From Paragordius varius (taxonomy: Eukaryota; Animalia; Nematomorpha), in NCBI GenBank assembly GCA_964247055.1, contig OZ176055.1, positions 8,246,001 to 8,310,000 on the forward strand: 64,000 nt of DNA. The letters run 5' to 3'. The position numbers were made by a program, and so were the translations under genes. Below, one piece after another: positions 53,318 through 64,000 of this stretch (position 1 is its first letter; every line of letters begins with the position of its first letter). The notes beneath the pieces are model-generated. The model was not told where the DNA came from. It ran no database searches and was given only the letters and a program-made list of their open reading frames with translations.

Positions 53318-53571
53318 CAGGGGTACGCAACATTTTAAAATAAATATATGGTTTCATATATAATTTTAAATTTTAATTATAAGACAGTAATGCCAACAAA
53401 TATAAGAATTTTTTCTAGTTCTTGTCAATTGAAATGACAAAATTAGAATAATTGTTCAATACATGTTGATTTTACTAAAATTTTATGAGCATATTTTTAC
53501 AAATCATGGATATCCAGATTTTTCACGGGCCGCACATAAAATCTCGGAGGGCCGCGTGATGGCCACCCCTG
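53318..53571. mobile_element. hAT (Charlie-type) MITE
   Basis: CAGGGGT..ACCCCTG TIRs, repeated GGGCCGC motifs, and flanks ATTTCAAA / ATTTGAAT. A related end occurs at ~4380-4445. Confidence 0.6.
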
Positions 53572-53724
53572 ATTTGAATGTATGTGCTACAAACTTCACA
53601 TAATATTGTATCTTACCAAACATTTCTAAAATTTTAACATGTAAAATCACAATATGCTATTGGATGGGTATACAATTTAAACTAAAATATCACAGTTATA
53701 TGAACCAAACCAAAATCATTTAGG

Positions 53725-56700
53725 GGTACCACCATATTTTGGAAGATTTGAACTTGCATGTGCCTGGACATACTATCATTACTATTTTGACTTTGAGTTT
53801 TTATATTTTTTACATAAAACACAAGGCTTCACCGCAACATGTACATCGGATTCGAAGAAGAAACATACATATTGGATCAAATCTCGGTTTGTTCTTTTAA
53901 TTTCTTTTATATTTATAATAATTTAAAATAGAACCGATGGCTGTTTCAAAAAATGTCAGAAACCCAATCCATATTAGTCATGTTATATAAAAATTTAAAA
54001 TTGATTTGCTATGGTATATATTATAGATAACCAAAATGTTAACATCCAACAATATTATATTTTTAAAAAAAATAAATAGGTCTAGCTTAAGTTTTATGTT
54101 TCCAGCTTGCGACAATGAATTCGTTATAACGGAAATTTATAAATATTATGTGAATCTTTGGAATTATCGTTAAAATTGTTATTAATTTTACTTAGTTCTG
54201 ATTCTGAATTTGAAAGTTGAGCATGAGGTATACTGCAAAAAAGTTGTTGAATATCATAAAGCAGTACTATCGTTATCTTATTAAAAAATATATGTTAGAA
54301 ATTTTCTTTAGGACATTTAAAAATGATTTAATTGATCTAAAAAATGAAGGATTCCATCCATTTACAAATTCAGCATAAATAGTTTCAGGTTTTGCCACAT
54401 TTTAATCTTGGGAGATAAATCACACACGGAAAATGCCGTTTGGGCATAAAAAAATTTAATGGATACATTGATTTGCAAAATATTTTTACAATTTTTTATT
54501 TTAGGGTATCATAAACCCAGTTTGCAGGAATATATCATGCAAATCACCGTTTTAAGCATTGGTAATGAGCCGATATTCATAAATGCTTCTTACATGAATT
54601 CATCATCTTCCGAATACCAAGATTTGGCAAGATTAACAGCTTTAGGGGTTTTACATTATATTTATAATATACAGTAAAAATTTGAATTCTACAGATAAAA
54701 CGTATAAACATAAAGACGAATATTCTTTTTCAAAGGACGGCTGCACTTTCTTATACTTATTTTTTTTTAAATATAAAATTTATTTAGATGTCAGAGTATT
54801 AAAAGAGATGCAATTGTAGTTTATTAAATAGTTTATATAAAAAAATTAATTAAAAATATAAAGTTGTCTTTTAAGCAAAAAATATTTGCCTTTATGTTTT
54901 TACGTTTTTTTTCTAAACTTACAATTTTTACTGTAAATATTGTAATTAATGTGCATTTAATTTTTTGCGTTTTTGTTTTTACATTTCCTCTGTGTATAGT
55001 CTTAATTTTTACTGTGACGATTGATTAGGAGTGCAATTTATTTTTTTTGATGTTTTCCGTTTTTTGTCTGTATAATTTCAATTTTTACTATAATAATTGC
55101 TAATCATTTAATTTTTGCCATAGGTCGAAATAATTTGCCGCACGTCTGAGCTTAGATTCCATTATATGCGAAATAAAGTTTCTGACGTCTACGATGGCGG
55201 TTACGTTAATCCATCATATCACAACAAAATTCTGTTGTATGTCCTCGTGATTTTTAGTTCTGAGTATGACCATGGGCCGGAATACATTGAAACCGTGTTT
55301 CGAAACAATGTATATTCTAGCGGCTGTTATGTCGGTGGAACTAAACTTTGTATTGATCCAGTTACATTTAAGGTACACCCGGCCTCCCTATTTAATCCAT
55401 CTATGTTAGAAAAATTATCAACTTTCACAACCCCGCCGTATACGTCTTCATTCAGCACACCAGTTAACGCTACTTCAACGACGATAGGTAAATTTGTAGA
55501 GAACATAGTGTCAAACCTCTTTTTGTACGGTACAAGGGATCGTACGATTTTTTACAAAAACATCATATTTTTCTAAAGATTTTTTCGGTATAAAAATTAA
55601 AAACTATTTTTAAAGAAAAAATTCCCGGGAAAAAAGCTTCCTACAAAGATAAAGCAGCTAATTTAACTATAAAAGTGTTTTCATTCTATATTGAAATTTT
55701 TTACCAATGTTATTATGCGATTCAAAATAAACTTTAAAATGTTAAAATCATTAATTTATGATTAAATGATCCAAGGAGGTCACAAAGGTTCATTTTGCAT
55801 AAAAGGAGCAGCTCACAAAAAATGTCAGGACAAAAAAGATTTGTTTCTATATATCAAATTTTCATGTTGTTAAATTCATAAACTATACCACAATATTTTA
55901 TGGTATAATAGGGGGTCCAAATACTACAGACTCTGTTAATGGTTCTACCCCAGAACTGCTTATAAATCCTTGCGTAACGGATTTGGGAATAAATTCTTCA
56001 ACATATCTATCAATCCCTATATGTGGGGACAATACTGTTTGCACTAATACCCTGACAAATGGAACCACATTAAATGGAACGTGGTGTATTTGTAAACCAG
56101 GGTTCGTCCGATGGGCAACTACTATACATTGCATCGGTTGATTTTTATTTATATATTTTAATTTTCTAATTCTGCTCAATTCTATTAAGTAAAAATTATT
56201 TTAGAGCCTAGATATGTCAATCCTACCTGTAAACCATTTGAATTTGATTGTGAAAATAAAAACGGCACAGGTCCAAATTGTATCGATGGATCCAAATTTC
56301 AAGATGGAGTTAATGATTGTGCAAATGGGAAAGATGAAGGTTAGACACAAAAGATTGCGCAATTTTAATGCATCTATCCAGATGCTATTTGTAGAATGCA
56401 TTTGCTTTTATAATAATTATATGATGGTTGATATGAAATTAAAGACAAATTTTAGCAAGATTATGTTGTTAGAAAAAAATTATCCAACCTACATGTTATC
56501 ACTTTCTTCTAATAAGACTCCTTTTGTAAAATTAGCTAACTTGTATTTTAATGTAAAATTTAAGGATTTTAATGAGTAATTGGGAGACTTAATAAGTTTT
56601 CTAATTTTATTTGTCAACCATAGTTTATAAAAGTATTTCTTTTGAAATTATAATTATTGTGTAAATAGATCATTTAAATTAACTTTCAAATTGGATTTCT

Positions 56701-56941
56701 CCATTATACAATATATTGATTAAATAAACATTGACTAATTTTGTGCAAAACTATATTTTTAATATTAAACATTTGTCTAAAAATTACTTAAATTAAATAT
56801 TTAATAACTCTTATTTTTTTAGCTTGTTCACCGTGGCAGTTTGATTGCAAAGTTTTCGATACTACTCGATCTAAATGCATTTTATTGGACAAATTGAATG
56901 ATGGCACAAAAGATTGTTTGGATGGAAGCGATGAAACCTAA
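53725..56941 (+). CDS. SEA + Ser/Thr stalk + EGF + two LDL-receptor class A repeats; probable type II membrane or secreted protein
   Basis: Hydrophobic IITILTLSFYIFYI then RIRRR (~53770-53860). SEA-like YIMQITV..SYMNSSSSEYQDLARL (54505-54645) and 55125-55490. EGF NPC..C..C..CICKPGF..C (~55900-56135). LDLa CKPFEFDC..CI..DGVNDCANGKDE (56206-56339) and CSPWQFDC..CI..NDGTKDCLDGSDET* (56823-56941). 5' exons are uncertain. Confidence 0.72.
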
Positions 56942-57014
56942 ACTATTTTTTAAATTTATTGCATTTTTGCTGCGCATTTATAAAGTTGTGATTTAATTTT
57001 TGATGCTTTTCGCG

Positions 57015-57048
<34 letters not shown>

Positions 57049-58757
57049 TTTTAATTCCAAAACGCACTGCAGAAAATAAAACTATATAATTGTCTTTAAA
57101 GGGTCTTTAAATGATAACTTGAGAGAAGATGTGGATGTTTTGTAAGATAACCATTAATTAAAGTACCATATATTTATAACGTATTTTATCATATAATAAG
57201 AGTACCATTTTTTATTACAAGTATACGCTTTTCATTGTGCATCATTCATCCGCTAATTTTTAATAAAACATTTATATTAAAAATAAATTAATTATTTCTT
57301 ATCATTCTAAAGCAAAAGGGGACTTTTTTCTAAAAAAATTATATCAATTTAACCAGAGATTATATTAAACAATAACTTTGATAGTAATTTCATACAATAG
57401 GATAAGGGAAGCATATTTTATCTGCGACATCAAGGTATATATATTATATATATACACCAAATTTATTGATTTATCTGGAAAATATTTTGTATATATATAT
57501 ATATATATATATATTCACATCCTTCTTTCCTAACCTTAAAGTTAGATATTTTCTATATATATATTACTGTATGTATAAACATTTTATGATAGTTTTGTCA
57601 TTCTTTCATATTAAACTAATTTGGTAATTTGTCTAACTAGAGCTAATTGGTTAAAAAGCAAAAAAATGATATTATTTATATGTGGTGTCTGTTTTATAGA
57701 AGCGATGATTCCAAAATTTTGAAAATTTGCCAATAAAACTATGTTATAGATTGTTTTTTTGTTTTTCAACAAAATTATCCAGGTTATATGATAAAGGGTA
57801 TATTCTTTCAAAAATCTTGGGAATGGTAGAAGATTAAAAAGTATGCAACAAATTTTTTCAATATATACCATATTAGATTTTACCTTTTTAGTAGGAAAAA
57901 AAATATTGGTAATATATGCATGGCATAGTTAACAAGGTAGCTATATATTTTCTGCAAGCTCACATCAACGTATAAATATTTAATAAATATTTTATCTAAT
58001 ATTCTTCGTATTCATTCGTTTGGCCCTCACTATTTCGTTCTATATATTTACCTTAAACTTTATACTTTATACCAAAGAGTATCATTTAATTCCAATTTAC
58101 TCTATAGTATTTTTCAAGGAAATACCCTCATTTTTCACGCAAATAAAATTGTACAAAATTATTTATCCAGACAATACTTAGAATTGTATGCGTTTACCTA
58201 ATTATAATTTATATGGAGAGATAGAGAGAGAGAAGCTCTTCGCACAATCACGACATATTATTCTTACAAAAAGCGCTTTTTTACCATAATAAAATGGGAA
58301 AAATGGATGATAAATTTCTATAAGACATTGTCTTGCCGCCGCCCCCCAAAAAATTTTCTGCGCTTTTTCTACCTACCTAGTTTTTTTGGTGTCATTATTA
58401 ATTTATGATATTGATTGATTTGTGGATGCTAAAGAAAAATCTTTTATATATCGTTCCCGTCACATATCAATATACGACTATCTATTTCGTCGTTTGCTCA
58501 TAAAAAAATATCCTTTTTTATACTTTTATCTGTTACTATTATGTGAAAAGAAAATTGAATTTAATTGAAAATGTCAAAAACAATTAATATAACAGATATA
58601 CATTATCCTACCCAACGCCTTTCTTTTCTAAATGAACCATGACAGATTACTATAAAAAAGACACACTAGATTTATTTTATAACATTTTAACCCTTTAAAT
58701 TTAAAACATATCCACATTCTCTCGCTGTGAAGTGAAAGAGAGATACCTGCAAAATTT

Positions 58758-61700
58758 ATGGGATGTCAGCAATCATCATCGGTTGACAAAAACAATATTC
58801 CTTCAAATATCCTCACGACAAAAAAGAAGACAGTTGAAAATCTTGAACAAGAAAATAATAATGCATCTTCTGTCTTAGGGGGGACCAAAGGAGGAAACCA
58901 AAATGATTTTACACGAGCACATGCTCACCCTACATCAATTACCAATGCAAATTACAACAATGTTGCTAAAAACTCATTGGATCATGATGGTCACCCGAAA
59001 CCAGAAATAAGTATATTATTATTTAATAGTAAGTAATTTTATGTTGCTATTTTTTGGATTTTTTCTTTTAACGTTTGTAGTTTTGGGGGCGTGTGGGTAA
59101 AATTAAATTTAACGTAGTTTTAACTACGGATGCTTATTAATTGTTAAGATATGCTTTTACAAATAAAAATGTTTTGTAAACACCCCACTTTTGAAGTAGT
59201 TTTAACTCCCAGAGAAATTTAAAATTTTACAAATTTAAGGTATTAAAATATGCCTTCTTTAGCCTTTTCTACAAAAAAATGTTTTAAAAAAATATAAAAT
59301 TGTAAAAATCCTTATCTTTAACTTTTTTTTTCTATGATTTTTTTAAATCGCTCAACAGTCAAAATGTATATTATGGTTGAAAATGTAAATATATAACTTC
59401 AAAAAGCTCCAGGTTACATTTTAAAACTTTATATTTTTTAATTTAAATCTCAGCTGTTCGTTTCAATCGGGTTTTTGAGCTCTCCCAATTTTAGACCCAA
59501 GAAACCACAAAACTGTATAAAATAAAGGATTTTTTATCTTATACATCTGAACAATAAGTCATAATTATATTTTAATTAAAATAACTTTCAAATCGTTTAT
59601 TATGAAATTGAAACTCTTGATTATAAAAATACCCCTATGTGTAAACTAGTACAAACAGTGAAATGGTAATGATGTGATAGATTACTCTGTGAGGACTTTT
59701 AATTTAAAATACACTAGTCATTGAACGGTAAACTTTAAAATTTTAAGCATAGTAACAATTAAAATCGTTTTTTCGGCTCCAAGTCAATCATTTCATGCTG
59801 GTATTGACCTTCTTAATTTTTTTTAAAAAATTCGGATAAACTCAGCCCCCGTTTCAAAGAATTCATTGGTCAAAAAATTTAGGTTTCAATTTCTTTTTTA
59901 TGCGAAAAAATTGGTTATGGGCGGTTTTTGTTTGGTTTTATTTTGGCAAAATCAGTCAAAAAAATTATAGTATAAGCCGCGGAAAATTAATGTATGCCAC
60001 TTTTTTTAAAATAATTGAAAATATATTTATCTTCAAATAAAATAGAAAACACTTTTAATAAATAAGGTTATCATTGTTTTGAAAATATAAAACTCCGTTT
60101 TTAATATTTTTTAATTAAAGGTTTTATGTTATTCCGGTTCCACAAAACGACTCCGGTTTCAATCCACCATTGTTTTCATAAAATTATATTTTTCCTTTAA
60201 AGAAGCATTTTTTACAACATGTTCAAACAAATTTGGGTGCATACTAATGTCTACTTCTTTTGTGATAATATCTGCTTTTGATGAAAAAAAATTGCATTTG
60301 AATAAAGGTGTTGTTAAATTAAAATTAGGTAAACCAATTATATTTACATTAAGCCATTGATAAAATTTAAAACTTACTTTGTTTGTAATTGGCAAAATGT
60401 ACATTAACAAGGGCTATCCATTTCAGTGTTTAAATTGGCTAAATGTGAGTTTACAAGTCTCTTAGCTTGTATGAAATATTTTTACTATTATTTGTTACAT
60501 ATAAAAACACTGATTTATGTTTAACTAAAAAATGAAAAATCTTATGCATGCTAAATGACTTGTAAATATAAAATGCTCTTTTCAATTAAAACTCCGTAAT
60601 CAATAAAAGAATTATTATACAGTGTTGCTAAATGCATCAGCAGTTTTTTTCAAGCAGAAAATTGGAACTCACTTGCTTTTTCAAACATTTGATATAGTGA
60701 AAAAGTAATTTATTTAATGTAAGGTAAGGGATTAGAAGGTATTTTCTGTTCTGATAAAAAAACATTAAGTAATCTTTTTTTGATTATACAAGCTAACCTA
60801 ACAAAGTAAAATTTCAAGGTTTGTATAAAGTATTAAACATGTTATTTAGAGCTTTAAATACTTTAAATTATTTTTTATTAGATACAAAAACTTGGTTGCA
60901 AAGGGGTTCGATAAAATTCTATTTTAGATGTACAATATATCCATTCAAACCATTTCCAATGATCTGTTATGGAAATTCATTAATTATAAATTTTGGTGTT
61001 TTTAACTTTTATATTTGGCTAGTTAGCAATAATTTGTTGACCATATTTTCTACTGTTTTATATAAATAAATATAAAGAAGCCTCTTTTATGTATGTTTTT
61101 TCTCAAATAATTGTCTCTAGAGTTATTTTATTAGTTTCCACAAAATATTGTGCTAACACCATTACAGTTACCATTTCAACCAGCTTTCCACCTTTATCAT
61201 CTAAAAATGCAGATAAGTCAGAAATAAAGGTCAATAACTCAATTTGCCGTTGAAAAGTTGAAAACAGTAATAAGTGCTCAACCAGTTTATGCCTCGATTG
61301 AAACTATTTAAAGAGCTAAACCAAGGCGGAATTGGCGCCTATCATTGATAACTTTTTTGCACATAAGGAATTTTATTTTAAACCAACCTTAAAAATTTAT
61401 TTACTTAATTAGATTTAAAAGTATATATTACGATTTATTAGAATTTGATACTTGATACTAACTTTTACAAGGTTATCTAATAATCTATAGACGTATACAA
61501 CATACCAATGAAACTAGATAATAAGATTAAAAAGTCATAGATTTTTTTAAATATGACACCATGCATTTTCAAGCTAACTACTAAATAATAATAATAATTA
61601 ATATTCAAACTACAAAATCTATTTATAATTCACTTTAATCCTATTACTATATAGCAATATCTAACTTCAAGGACCATTTTGCCTTTATTTGGTGGTGGCG

Positions 61701-63263
61701 ATTTATAATATATGATATTTGATTGTACAAATATCATATATTGCTATTTTAATTTAAAAAATGTATTGCTTTTGAAGAGATTAACCTCTGTACATTCAAT
61801 TAATTAAATTTTTGGCCGACAACACAACTTTAAATATATCGTAAAAAATTATTAAAACATTAATAAACGGGCTTTGCCTGGGTATTGTACTCCTCTGCAC
61901 CGCTAAATATTTTCACCGATTAACAAATAATTTACTTAAAATTTACAGTTGATTTTTATTAAAATATCTTTTACGACTCCCATAATTAAGTTTTCCATTT
62001 TAGGGCAGCTTTGATATTTGAAATTCGTCAAAATTTACACAACATTTTTATGATATATAATATTTTTGATACATATATATAGGTATAAAATCGGCCATTT
62101 TAATTCAAAGATGGTACAGACGTTACTTAGCTCGACTGGAAGCACGGCGAAGGTATACGTGGAAAATATTTCAAAGCCTTGAATACGAAGGAGAAAATGA
62201 CCAACTTAAGGTTAAGTTAGTGTTTTAAATTAAAATATTATCCATGATTTGATGGTATTTCGCATTTTATTATAAATATAATATTGGTTTTTAATGCGAT
62301 TATAAATTAAAATACCAATATTTAATAAAAACCAAAATTTATTATTTTCCTCTTTAGCTTTATCAATTTTTCAAAGATGTTTTGGAACAAGAACCATTGC
62401 TACAAACCTACTCAAAATCTACGGGCAATCCCTTCACCGACACTATAAGGCAAAAATTAGGTATTGCAATCATTTAATTTTAACACCAGTAACTTTTATC
62501 TCTGAGAATAATAACTTAAAATTAGTAAGACACTAAAATATGTTGAGTTATATTTTTGGTTATCATCTAACTTTTACGATTTTTAAAGATATATATATAT
62601 TTATCTTTTTTATTTTAGGCCAAAAGTATCCTCCATTCACTGAAAATGAAACAGATTTCGAAATTAGCACGAATCCCGAAAGTTGCCCAGTTGAAAAATC
62701 GTACAAAGGGCCTCATGTTACTTTTCCTCTCACCCTGATAGATGTTAAGAAATTAATCGATGCCTTTAAACATGATAAGGTAAATTTCAAACTTATAAGG
62801 TCTTAATATCAAAAATTATTTTATTTTTCTAATATTGTTGGTCTTAGGTGCTACATGCTCATTACGTGCTAAAAATCTTACACATTGCCAGAAATTTGTT
62901 AAAATCTTACCCAAATATTCGATTAGCTGAAACTTCCATTTCCAATAAAGTAACGGTTTGCGGAGACTTCCATGGAAAACTCGAGGATATACTTGTAGTT
63001 TTTAACAAAGTTAGCATTTTAAAATTTACAAATTTGGTGGTCAGTTCGCTTTATATAAAGATAATTTTCATAATAAATTACAAAAAATATAATTAGAATG
63101 GGTTTCCATCCAGTCAAAACCCTTACGTTTTCAATGGAGATTATGTGGATCGCGGTAAACATTCTATTGAAGTTGTACTCTTAATGATGTGCTATTTCAT
63201 ACTTTACCCAGATTCTGTTTACCTTAATCGAGGGAATCATGAAGACTGTTTAGTCAATTTAAG
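58758..63263 (+). CDS. PPEF: Ser/Thr protein phosphatase with EF-hands (PPEF/rdgC family), 5' part; continues beyond the window
   Basis: N-terminal MGC (acylation motif), IQ motif [41 protein letters not shown], and PPP catalytic motifs [16 protein letters not shown] and LNRGNHED, spliced with canonical GT-AG in consistent phase. Confidence 0.95.
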
Positions 63264-63387
63264 GTAATATATATTATATATACAGCAATCGAAATTATGC
63301 AGACAAAACGGAAACTATAAATAATTTTTTTAAAAGACAACCATAACTTTTTAAACCGTAATCCGTATAATTTCAATTTATACTATA

Positions 63388-64000
63388 TATATATCTTTAC
63401 TAAGCTAAGGTTTGATCTATTTATTCGATCGACTGCTTTATGGGCAAAGTTATCCATGAATGCTGCACATATGAATGATATAAATTAATATCAAAATTAT
63501 AGTTGTAAAATCAGTCAAAATTTCCTGTTAAAAGGCAAAAATTTAAGTCGTGCGTTTTTTTATATTGGCTGCTGGGTAGGGGGATACCCGCTAAAAACTA
63601 ACCCGTCATATCGAAAGCGTGCCTTTGGTGCTAAATTTCGGAAAACCTATCAGGCTATATGAGTTCAATAGCTGCTTAAAATATTACCCGTAACAAGGCA
63701 AAAATTTAGGTAGTCCGTTTTTTAAGCCGTTAATTAGGCCCTTCACGCCCTGAAAAATGCGCGACCATGGAATTATTTTTCAGTTTTGTGTCAATTTTTC
63801 CAAAAACTAATGAGGGCATATGAAATCAATCATAATTCCAGGTATTCTCCGTAAAAAGGTAAAAATTTAAATCAAGCGCTTTTTTTGTATCAGCCTCTGG
63901 ATAAGGAATACCCGCCTAAAACTGCGCTACCATATCGAAATTGCCTTGTTTAAATTGAAAACTTATCAGGTCACATAAGTTGAATAAGGGCCTGAAATTT
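63388..64000. repeat. Intronic repeat element with ~163-bp degenerate internal tandem units, possibly Helitron-like; runs off the window
   Basis: AAGG[CT]AAAAATTTA..GTTTTT recurs at ~63531, ~63697 and ~63856; the first and third units share GATACCCGC..AAAACT..CATATCGAAA. It begins at ATCTTTACTAAG after a (TA)n run. Confidence 0.5.

Noticed and set aside
55237-55257. 21-nt intron GTATGT..TTTTTAG in the SEA region
   Set aside because: It is in frame without a stop, and the retained peptide LYVLVIFS fits a SEA beta-strand. It cannot be called without RNA data.
55898-56179. Minus-strand 93-aa ORF
   Set aside because: It is the antisense shadow of the plus-strand EGF exon.
49950-56941. Single Kunitz-SEA-EGF-LDLa fusion gene
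   Set aside because: The last Kunitz exon ends in TAA followed by AATAAA, and a MITE plus a separate TM-like exon intervene. Two genes are more parsimonious.

Overview
AT-rich, transposon-rich animal (metazoan) genomic DNA; the taxon cannot be fixed from sequence alone, and a parasitic invertebrate is only a guess. Spliced host genes: a divergent annexin with at least eight repeats (-), AUH/methylglutaconyl-CoA hydratase (-), an astacin-like N-terminal fragment or pseudogene (+), COA7 (-), a secreted five-Kunitz protein (+), a SEA-EGF-LDLa protein (+) and the 5' part of PPEF/rdgC (+). Repeats: a ~12 kb 114-bp satellite with higher-order structure, a full-length decayed Gypsy LTR element with 5-bp TSD, a mariner relic, a rearranged hAT relic, a 2-kb palindromic Harbinger-like element, and several MITE and Helitron-like families. 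The most striking signal is a set of ultra-short GT-AG introns (22, 22 and 27 nt in COA7; 29-34 nt in the annexin; possibly 21 nt in AUH), most of them required for the reading frame. Exon boundaries were derived by hand and some remain uncertain.
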